Positions 1 through 7,495 of a stretch of 32,000 nt of DNA are shown here, one piece after another; the stretch's first letter is position 1, and each line of letters opens with the position of its first letter. Location of the stretch: assembly GCA_016933055.1 (NCBI GenBank), contig JAFGBS010000004.1, positions 270,001-302,000 of the forward strand. The letters run 5' to 3'. Made by a program: the position numbers and the translations under genes. This DNA is from Promethearchaeota archaeon (lineage in GTDB: Archaea; Asgardarchaeota; Lokiarchaeia; Sigyniarchaeales; Promethearchaeaceae). The notes under the pieces are model-generated. The model saw nothing but the letters and a program-made list of their open reading frames with translations, was not told the origin of the DNA and ran no database searches.

Positions 1-1
1 T

Positions 2-115
2 CTATATGAATCCTATATCGAAAAAAATAAATTGACTGTACCTATTGAATTGGTCAAGAAGCGCTTCAGTAAGATACCAAGCATTACTGATGTTAAGATT
101 TATAAGGTGGAATAG
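2..115 (+). CDS. 3' end of an upstream gene (partial, runs off the window start)
   Basis: Frame +2 is open from base 2 to TAG at 113-115 (LYESYIEKNKLTVPIELVKKRFSKIPSITDVKIYKVE*). The next gene starts 9 nt later on the same strand. Not in the ORF track. Confidence 0.6.
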   Translation, partial: LYESYIEKNKLTVPIELVKKRFSKIPSITDVKIYKVE

Positions 116-124
116 GGTTCTCTC

Positions 125-397
125 ATGCCAGAAAATTCTGTAGATCATGAGGAAAACAACGAAAATCTCGCAAGCTATAAGTACATCCTTGGTGAGATGG
201 GGATTCAAATTTTAATCGCAATATCGAGAGGTGCTAGCAATAAAGTTTCTATTCGACTTATCTCTGGGGTACCACTTGAATGTATCAATGGTCGCTTGCC
301 TGTATTATCCAATCTTAATCTAATTCGGCAAAACCAAGAGGAATATCATATAACTGACCGGGGAAATAGTTTTTTAATTACATTAGAAAATGAATAA
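125..397 (+). CDS. Small winged-helix protein, putative transcriptional regulator
   Basis: 90 aa. The ILIAI...helix...LSNLNLI...YHITDRGNSFL pattern is typical of archaeal wHTH C-termini (Y-x-I/L-T-x-x-G). Confidence 0.65.
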   Translation: MPENSVDHEENNENLASYKYILGEMGIQILIAISRGASNKVSIRLISGVPLECINGRLPVLSNLNLIRQNQEEYHITDRGNSFLITLENE

Positions 398-401
398 TAT
401 A

Positions 402-473
402 GTTCCAATGATGAAATCAAGACGAACTGAGGGTTGCCCTACTCCATGATGACAGCGATCCACGCTGAGGAAC
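402..473 (+). ncRNA. Box C/D 2'-O-methylation guide sRNA (double guide)
   Basis: C box ATGATGA 408-414; 12-nt guide 415-426; D' CTGA 427-430; hairpin linker; C' ATGATGA 446-452; 12-nt guide 453-464; D CTGA 465-468; terminal stem GTTCC (402-406)/GGAAC (469-473). Confidence 0.9.
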
Positions 474-556
474 CATATATTCAAATATTAATCCATAATT
501 TTTTTAGCACGAAACCCAACTCAAGTATATAGGACAAAAAAACGAGGAATAATAAA

Positions 557-958
557 ATGCAATTCGGTGGAGATATTGGAATCGGGCCCGAAGATATAAG
601 TCGTTTAGAGCCCGAGATCGCCTATGTAACATCAAATTCAGATATTGAAGCTATCGCTCTAGTTACAGATTCTGGATATCAAATAGCGTATGCAGCGATT
701 AATCGATCGATTGATTCCGATGCATTGTGTGGAATCGCGAGTGCGCTTACCTCCACCTCAAATATGGTTACTAAGACTGTTTTTAATGAAAATTTATCCG
801 AAGTAATTGTTCGTGCAGGAAATGGTTATATTGTCGTATCCAATGCGGGACGTTTTGTGCTCGTAGGAGCCGCTCAGAACATCCAAAACATGATGAAAAC
901 CGTGAAAGTTTTTCGTGTTGCATCCCAACGAATAGCCTCTCAATTTCCCCGCTTTTAA
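557..958 (+). CDS. Roadblock/LC7 (MglB-like) domain protein
   Basis: 133 aa with IEAIALVTDSG..IA, then a helix (DALCGIASAL), then EVIVRAGNGYIVV...FVLVG. This is the roadblock pattern. Confidence 0.85.
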   Translation: MQFGGDIGIGPEDISRLEPEIAYVTSNSDIEAIALVTDSGYQIAYAAINRSIDSDALCGIASALTSTSNMVTKTVFNENLSEVIVRAGNGYIVVSNAGRFVLVGAAQNIQNMMKTVKVFRVASQRIASQFPRF

Positions 959-1089
959 TTCAGATATAAACAGTACCAATCACGACAAAAACCCTTTATC
1001 TTTTTATTAAATTAACTAAATTGGTTACTACTTTATAATTAACTAGGTCATAATAATATATTTTATATCATACTTCTTTATGACCCAAA

Positions 1090-1938
1090 ATGCCATTCGA
1101 TTCTATTTCCCCTGAAATCAAACAAACCATCCTAAATGCAAAGGAAAATGGGATGACTCGAATGCAGATTTGCTTACAGTACGGTTTTGATTGGGAAACC
1201 GTTTTACAATGTTTGAATGAGATCTCTGACCATATTATTGAAAGAAATATGTATCATCAAGGTTTTCAATATTCCTTTCGGTGGTTAAAACATCGTCATC
1301 TTTCCTTTCAACAGCATCGTGATTCCCAATTACTTCATCAATATTTATTAAAGATCACTCAAGACCGGTATCCTAAAGACATTTTTAACAATAAGGACAT
1401 CCAACGAATCTCCCAATTCCGATTGAACCGTCTCAAGAGGGGGAAGGTTTCAGAAATTGGTAAAATTCTCCGAAATGAGGGATCAATCCAAGAAACTCTG
1501 AGCATACATGATTTAACTAAAATTGCTAAACATACTTTTGCTGAATATGTAACTGCACAAAAACAAAGACCCTCTCATAATGATATTCAATTCCGTATTT
1601 TAGAGAAAGATCCTCATACAATCGCTATGGAAGTCCCTGTCTGGGGTAGACCCCCTATCAGCTCCGACATTATTACTGGTCATATTGACCTTATTCGAAT
1701 CATTGAGGATACTATCCAAATTGTAGACTATAAACCTGAGGATTCTTTTATGCCTTCTATACCCCAAGTAGCCTTCTATGGAATCTTACTTCAAAAAAAA
1801 CTGAATTTAAGTGAAGTTCGTTGTGCGTCCTTCAGTAAAAAAAAAATCTGGGAGTATAAACCTGATATCTTGTACAGGATAAACGAGCTTCTTCTTGAGC
1901 ATAATATTAGATTTTTTTCATGGCAAAGGTTCTTATAA
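1090..1938 (+). CDS. PD-(D/E)XK nuclease family protein with an N-terminal HTH-like segment
   Basis: Motifs IAMEVPVW, TGHIDLIRI, IQIVDYKP and PQVAFYG (RecB/Cas4-like E..D..DxK and QxxxY). Confidence 0.8.
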   Translation: MPFDSISPEIKQTILNAKENGMTRMQICLQYGFDWETVLQCLNEISDHIIERNMYHQGFQYSFRWLKHRHLSFQQHRDSQLLHQYLLKITQDRYPKDIFNNKDIQRISQFRLNRLKRGKVSEIGKILRNEGSIQETLSIHDLTKIAKHTFAEYVTAQKQRPSHNDIQFRILEKDPHTIAMEVPVWGRPPISSDIITGHIDLIRIIEDTIQIVDYKPEDSFMPSIPQVAFYGILLQKKLNLSEVRCASFSKKKIWEYKPDILYRINELLLEHNIRFFSWQRFL

Positions 1939-1952
1939 AAAAAGAAAAAAAA
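1937..1952 (-). terminator. Oligo-T tract, probable archaeal terminator of the oxidoreductase operon
   Basis: The minus strand reads TTTTTTTTCTTTTTT immediately after the beta-subunit stop, between convergent genes. Confidence 0.45.
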
Positions 1953-3044
1953 TTATTCACAATACGTATCCGAGCAATATCGGTTCTGTAAAGTGAATGA
2001 AGAAGATCTCACCATAGCAGATTTCAGAAATTGATAGCCTATGTCATAAGTGGAACCATCCCCCGCAAGGTGTATTACATACGGTACTTCTTTTTTCCAT
2101 AAGTTTTTATATCGCAACATTCGATACGTTGTGGCGATCGCATCCGCTACGGTAGCCCCACTTTCGAACAAATGATGCATCCATGATACTTTCCAAGAGG
2201 TTAAATCGTCTTTACTAGTCGCCACTTCCAAACAACTGGTGTTATTAACATAAATAATATTATTACCTGCCACTTGTGTTGCCCCAAGAGCTAATTGATG
2301 CATAATTGAACCCGCGCCACAACCTGGACATAATCCGTATCCCGGAGCGAGGTGAGTTTGAGGCTTTAATTTCTTTACGTTAATTTTATACACATCGAAT
2401 GGAGATTCAGCACCCATATTATCCACTAGCCGTTTCATATTTTCTAGCCGGGCTTCGGTCTGTTCAATTAGTTCGTTAATTAAATCCTCTTCAAATTTTG
2501 GTTTAAATAGATGCCTATATTTACCCATGGATTCTATAAATTCCATGAATTTTTCCCGACTGAATTTCATGGGTCGAGAATAACTCCATTTTGGAATCCC
2601 GTTTTTTACACGGATCGTGATTAAAGGCCAATATCCGGAATCGGTTGCCAATTTAGCAATACGATTGGAGTCATGGGCATCTGATCGCCATCCACGAGGA
2701 CAAGGAGAAAAAGCTTGGATAAATGCACCACCAGGAGTTTTCATGGCTTCTATTACTTTACCGATGAAATCATTGGGGTATGCCAAACTAGCAGTTGCCA
2801 GAAATGAAGATTTAGTGCCTAAAAAGGCCATGGGATTCAGAATATCTTGTTTGACACCTACTTTACCTTTGATTTCCTCTCCCCCCGGTCCTGTAGTTGT
2901 GGAACATGCGAAGGGGGTGGAACCACTTTCTTGAATTCCTGTATTCATGAACGCTTCATTGTCATAATTGAAAAACAGGACAGTGTGCCGTTCTTCGCGT
3001 TGTAATAGATCATTTACATCGATTATGTTGGATTTTACAGCCAT
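1953..3044 (-). CDS. porB: Pyruvate/2-oxoacid:ferredoxin oxidoreductase beta subunit, circularly permuted
   Basis: YDNEAFMNTGIQES at aa 27-40 and SPCPRGW at aa 113-119 precede LAPGYGLCPGCG (aa 232-243), NTSCLE (C271) and GDGSTYDIG (aa 328-336). The canonical order is the reverse. Confidence 0.9.
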   Translation of the reverse strand: MAVKSNIIDVNDLLQREERHTVLFFNYDNEAFMNTGIQESGSTPFACSTTTGPGGEEIKGKVGVKQDILNPMAFLGTKSSFLATASLAYPNDFIGKVIEAMKTPGGAFIQAFSPCPRGWRSDAHDSNRIAKLATDSGYWPLITIRVKNGIPKWSYSRPMKFSREKFMEFIESMGKYRHLFKPKFEEDLINELIEQTEARLENMKRLVDNMGAESPFDVYKINVKKLKPQTHLAPGYGLCPGCGAGSIMHQLALGATQVAGNNIIYVNNTSCLEVATSKDDLTSWKVSWMHHLFESGATVADAIATTYRMLRYKNLWKKEVPYVIHLAGDGSTYDIGYQFLKSAMVRSSSFTLQNRYCSDTYCE

Positions 3045-4262
3045 CTAGATCTCCTCCAATTTATCCTTGGTTTCTCGAACTCCAAGGTAATAATACAAAC
3101 GTCCCTTCATGTCATTTACCGTTTCCATCTTTTTAGCCGCAAGACTAAACTCATCTTTAGTAACATCTCTTCCCCCTAATCCCACAATGAAACTGCGTAA
3201 AATAGTTCCTAAGGGATATGTTGCTGTGGCAATCGCAGAACCAACTGGAGGGAGTATGTCACTCAAGGAATCATCTTTTTCTAACACGATAAGCTTTTCA
3301 ATGTTATTTTCTTCAATCATATCTTGTAGCTGTTTATAGGGGAACGGTCTCCAAGTTCGAATCTTGATCAAAGGATAGTCCTTATTCTTTTCCATCCAGC
3401 TAATAATATTCCCACACATAGATCCCATGGTAATAAATGCAGTTTTTGAACGTGCATCTAAATTAAAGCCTTCTATATGATCGTAATGTCTTCCTGATAG
3501 TTTTCCAAAATCCTTGTATGTTTTTCCAATAATATCGATTACTCCTTCCTTGGCCTTATCTAATCCTCTTCGTCCCTCCATGAAATATGAAGGGGTGACG
3601 ATACCGCCCCAAGTTCCTGGGTCATCGGGATTTATGGTTTTTCTTTTCTTTTTCGGAGTGAATTTCATTACTTCTTTATGCGTTAACGCTTCAAAGTTCT
3701 GGGCTGAATGAGAGATGATAAATCCATCATGAACAAACATTGTAGGGAATAAAGAGTTTTCGGCGATCTTGGAAGCCATAATTGCTGCATCATAAGTTTC
3801 TTGAACGTTTTCTGAAACGAGTGTGTTCCATCCAAAATCCATTAAAGTGAATTCCCACGAATTCCAGATACTCAGATTAGGTGCATTAAAAGCTCGTGCA
3901 GATATCATCATGGTTAACGGCAATCGCCAACCTACTGGCATAGGAAGTGCTTCACACATCAATAAGTAGCCCTGGCTTGCTGTAGCCGTAAATGTTCGTG
4001 CACCTGCAGCACATGCTGCTGTGCTATATGACATTGCTGCAAGTTCGGATTCCACATTCACGAATGCAGCTTTTAAAAATCCATGGTTGACCACATCACT
4101 TAATCCTTCCACAGATTGAGTTTGAGGGGTTATAGGAAATGCACAAATCACATCTGGGTCGGTTTGAGAAACTGCCCCGGCGACTGCATAATTTCCCGTC
4201 ATTGCTAATTGTTTTCGTTCAGTTATTTCTTGGAAGAATGGGCTCATAGGTTCTACTGACAT
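3045..4262 (-). CDS. porA: Pyruvate/2-oxoacid:ferredoxin oxidoreductase alpha subunit
   Basis: MTGNYAVA, AFPITPQT, VESELAAM, GARTFTATASQG and FVHDGFIISH motifs. Abuts the neighbouring genes with zero spacing. Confidence 0.92.
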   Translation of the reverse strand: MSVEPMSPFFQEITERKQLAMTGNYAVAGAVSQTDPDVICAFPITPQTQSVEGLSDVVNHGFLKAAFVNVESELAAMSYSTAACAAGARTFTATASQGYLLMCEALPMPVGWRLPLTMMISARAFNAPNLSIWNSWEFTLMDFGWNTLVSENVQETYDAAIMASKIAENSLFPTMFVHDGFIISHSAQNFEALTHKEVMKFTPKKKRKTINPDDPGTWGGIVTPSYFMEGRRGLDKAKEGVIDIIGKTYKDFGKLSGRHYDHIEGFNLDARSKTAFITMGSMCGNIISWMEKNKDYPLIKIRTWRPFPYKQLQDMIEENNIEKLIVLEKDDSLSDILPPVGSAIATATYPLGTILRSFIVGLGGRDVTKDEFSLAAKKMETVNDMKGRLYYYLGVRETKDKLEEI

Positions 4263-5195
4263 TTATTTTTTACCTCCCACAGGTTCTTTTTTCATCTTTT
4301 CTGTTAGAGCATTTTTGGGACAAATCAAAACGCAATTCATGCATCCTTTGCAGTGATACTCATCAACTCCGGCCACATGGTAGTCTCCATCCTCTCCCAA
4401 TTCCCTCAAAATTGCAAGATCGGGGCAGACAAGGAAGCATCGGTGACAATTAATGCATAAATCTTTATTCCATTGGGCTACAGAAACTCCCCATGAACCA
4501 GTTTTCACCTTTTCCGAACCTCCGAGCGTGTACCATACACCTGCAAGATCCCGTTCTTTATAGCCAGGTTTTCCTAAGTCTATTTGACTCCACGGTTCCT
4601 TGGTGTCTGCTTCGTAGTTCATCTTAAAGCCCAAATCGAGCATCTCGGTTCGTTCATACGCCATTTCCACTACTTTTGCATTTTTCTCTGCAATACTTGC
4701 CTTAAACGTCTTGAAGATTGCATCTTTCAATTGTTCTAACGTAAATATATCGGATACTTTTACCAATGCCCCTAATATCACGGTATTAGTAATATTTCTC
4801 CCTAAAACTTCTAGAGCAAGATTAGTAGCATCAAGTTTAGCAAAGTTGATATCATCTCTATGAATTTTTTCTCGAATTTCATCGAATGACATGGTGGTAT
4901 TCACAATCAACCAACCACCAGGTGTAATTCCTTCTGTAACATCAATGTCATCGAGAAGAGTATCATCCAATACTCCTACATAATTAGGAGCATACACTTG
5001 GGTATTTGTTCTAATTAGAGTAGGATTTTTACCTAAACGCGCGTAGGATTCGGTAGGAGATCCCATTCTTTCTGCGCCGAACCGGGGTTGGTTAACTCCA
5101 AAGCCGGGAAAAGAATCCACGCATAATTGTGACGCAGTAACTCCTCCTTGACCACCCCGTGCATGAAACCTAATATTAATTGCGTAGTCTGACAG
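4263..5195 (-). CDS. porC: 2-oxoacid:ferredoxin oxidoreductase gamma subunit fused to the delta (2x[4Fe-4S] ferredoxin) subunit
   Basis: The frame extends upstream of the tracked GTG (5120) to CTG at 5195, giving SDYAINIRFHARGGQGGVTASQL, the conserved gamma N-terminus. Also FGAERMGSP and TNTVILGA. The C-terminus carries CINCHRCFLVCP and CKGCMNCVLICP. Confidence 0.88.
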   Translation of the reverse strand: MSDYAINIRFHARGGQGGVTASQLCVDSFPGFGVNQPRFGAERMGSPTESYARLGKNPTLIRTNTQVYAPNYVGVLDDTLLDDIDVTEGITPGGWLIVNTTMSFDEIREKIHRDDINFAKLDATNLALEVLGRNITNTVILGALVKVSDIFTLEQLKDAIFKTFKASIAEKNAKVVEMAYERTEMLDLGFKMNYEADTKEPWSQIDLGKPGYKERDLAGVWYTLGGSEKVKTGSWGVSVAQWNKDLCINCHRCFLVCPDLAILRELGEDGDYHVAGVDEYHCKGCMNCVLICPKNALTEKMKKEPVGGKK

Positions 5196-5388
5196 TTTTT
5201 ATTCATCCTTCAACAGTTAATTCATCCGTAAAGAAATTAGATGAGTATGTTGAGTAACACTAAGATGCGCCATCATTAAAAATTTTTGTTCAAAAAGCGT
5301 TTTACCATCAATTATCAGCGAAATGTCCAATTGAATGATCCAATATATTTAAAATTCAAGGACAATAAACCGTAACTAATCCGAATTC

Positions 5389-6213
5389 ATGAATGGACTG
5401 GCGTTAATGACGAGACTTAGGAAGCATACTACAATCACGGGAATTCTTTTCTTTAGTATCTGTGCAGTTTTGGTGTTATCCCACTATATTACCATGAGTT
5501 CCGCTTGGACACAAGATGAAATCATTGTACCAGTTGGAGACATTCCCATTATAGATGGAATACAAGATGCAGCATGGAACAAAGCAAATGTAACCAAAAG
5601 TGGAGAAATTGATATTATAAATCTGAAAGCCATGATTAATTCATCCTATTTATTCATTCTTGTTGAAATTCAAGCAACCAATCATGATGATGATGAGTAT
5701 ATTAAGTTATTGTTATCCAATTCCTCGGATTTTGAGGATGAGGATTTCATAGATGCGAAATTGATCCAAACAAGAAATTTCTCAAAGGCTGATAACCGAT
5801 CATATATAATAACTGATCAAGTATATTATGAAGGAGAATATATTTCTGATAATCAAACCAATTTTGTGGGTGCTGCGAATATTTCTGCAGGAAACAAATA
5901 CAGTTATTATGAATTTTCAATTCCCTTTGCTTCCGTTAATAATGATACTTTAAATGATACATCCATTGTGTTAGGTAATACATTTGCACTTAAGGTAGAA
6001 TTTGGTATTCATAAGGAAGATCAAAGTCCAACATCTGTTGAAAGAACAGAAGAACTATTAATAACCCTAGAGAAAAAGGAAGGGGGAGGAAATGGAGATA
6101 TTGAAGAATTTCCCCTTAATCTGAAAATTCTTTCTTATGTGATGTTTTCCATAACAGGGGTAGCATTTATTGTGATTGCGGTCATCACATTCCAATCCCG
6201 GTCAAAAATATGA
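5389..6213 (+). CDS. Membrane-anchored surface protein with a CBM9/DOMON-like domain
   Basis: N-terminal hydrophobic segment, PIIDG..DAAW motif, C-terminal TM helix with a basic tail, and many NxS/T sequons. Confidence 0.6.
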   Translation: MNGLALMTRLRKHTTITGILFFSICAVLVLSHYITMSSAWTQDEIIVPVGDIPIIDGIQDAAWNKANVTKSGEIDIINLKAMINSSYLFILVEIQATNHDDDEYIKLLLSNSSDFEDEDFIDAKLIQTRNFSKADNRSYIITDQVYYEGEYISDNQTNFVGAANISAGNKYSYYEFSIPFASVNNDTLNDTSIVLGNTFALKVEFGIHKEDQSPTSVERTEELLITLEKKEGGGNGDIEEFPLNLKILSYVMFSITGVAFIVIAVITFQSRSKI

Positions 6214-6230
6214 GGAATGAGTGAGTATTT

Positions 6231-6671
6231 ATGCCAAAATACAAAAAAGAAGGAAAAAAACGAGCTAAAGAAGAAGACGAAACTCGAAAACAACTATCTG
6301 ATCAAAAATCTGAGATGTTTAATTCATCTATCCGATCTCTTCTCATAAGTAGTGGGTGTTTAGTTCTATCATTTTTATTTAATGGAAAAATCATAGACTT
6401 ACCAGTAGAACCAGGATCGGCAGTAGACGTCCTGCTGATTTTGCTGAAATCATTATTGATTACGCTTTTTTATACTTTTACTTTAGTTGGTCTTGCTAAT
6501 ACCATGGAATTACGGGGAAAACCCTCCTCATTGCGGGACATCATCATTGTAGGGATAATCTCCCTCATTCAAGGCGTATTAAGTCTGCCAGTTTTCCTTA
6601 TTTCATTCTTAGGAGTAATATTAGCGAGCTTATATCTCTGGGCAATTCAAGTGAAAGTAGAACGGTTCTAA
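6231..6671 (+). CDS. Hypothetical membrane protein (about 4 TM) with a basic N-terminus
   Basis: 146 aa with several hydrophobic segments, 17 nt downstream of the previous gene. Confidence 0.7.
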   Translation: MPKYKKEGKKRAKEEDETRKQLSDQKSEMFNSSIRSLLISSGCLVLSFLFNGKIIDLPVEPGSAVDVLLILLKSLLITLFYTFTLVGLANTMELRGKPSSLRDIIIVGIISLIQGVLSLPVFLISFLGVILASLYLWAIQVKVERF

Positions 6672-6754
6672 AACATTTAGCGATTTTGCGTGACATGTAA
6701 ATATTATTTATATTGAAATTCCCGAATACCTTGATCCAACAAAGTGAATAAATT

Positions 6755-6919
6755 GTGAAGCTGGTCACATTGAATATTCCTCAAGTCTACCTTGATGGTA
6801 TAGAAAGGTTGGTTGAACAGGAAGTATATCCTAATAGATCTGAGACAATTCGAATTGCAATTCGCGATTTCTTACGTAAAGAATATAATGGGCAGCAAAT
6901 TTTCAAAATAAAAAACTAA
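6755..6919 (+). CDS. Ribbon-helix-helix (CopG/CdrS-like) transcriptional regulator
   Basis: Not in the ORF track. GTG start, 54 aa: MKLVTLNIPQVYLDGIERLVEQEVYPNRSETIRIAIRDFLRKEYNGQQIFKIKN. It carries the beta-strand plus YPNRSE.IR.AIRD.L signature. Confidence 0.85.
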   Translation: MKLVTLNIPQVYLDGIERLVEQEVYPNRSETIRIAIRDFLRKEYNGQQIFKIKN

Positions 6920-6985
6920 ATTCTCCAATAAGGTTATTATCGGGTTTTACAAAACATAAATAATACCCAGCTCACTTAAGGAAAA

Positions 6986-7495
6986 ATGACCGAAAACACT
7001 GATGGAATTGAGGAAATCCAAAAACAAATCCTGAAAATTACTAAGAATGCAAAAAAATTACAGACTAATTACAAAAATCTTGCAAATTCTTTAAAAGAAA
7101 TGTCGAAAAATGTAAATTTTCTTCTGAAAACCGTTCAGCAGAATACAGAATCCATCGAAAAACTCATCACAGAACAACAGAATACTGTTGGTAATGAGAA
7201 AAAACTACTGCAGCACGATAAAACCCAAGGTGAGCGAACCATCATCGATCGAGAAAATTTTGTTCCTGCTCTGTATACAGTTCTAGCAGAATTTAAAAAT
7301 GGAATTAAGGACTTTATAGAAATTAAAACCGTAAAACATCTCTTTTTTAAGGAATATACCCTCAATGATGAGACTGAGTTTGATGAGTGGCTTTTAGCGG
7401 CCTATTGGTCCAACGAAATAGAATTAATATCGGGTATCGGTGATTACGCAATTCGGGATATTTATGACAATGTTTATCACTACATTAAATTCTAA
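6986..7495 (+). CDS. Hypothetical protein: N-terminal coiled coil plus a small C-terminal globular domain
   Basis: Heptad-like N-terminal ~75 aa. The 3' end overlaps the start of the methyltransferase. Confidence 0.7.
   Translation: MTENTDGIEEIQKQILKITKNAKKLQTNYKNLANSLKEMSKNVNFLLKTVQQNTESIEKLITEQQNTVGNEKKLLQHDKTQGERTIIDRENFVPALYTVLAEFKNGIKDFIEIKTVKHLFFKEYTLNDETEFDEWLLAAYWSNEIELISGIGDYAIRDIYDNVYHYIKF

Noticed and set aside
2-208. Tracked minus-strand 68-aa ORF
   Set aside because: It is antisense to a plus-strand gene end (2-115) and the wHTH gene, and has no motif.
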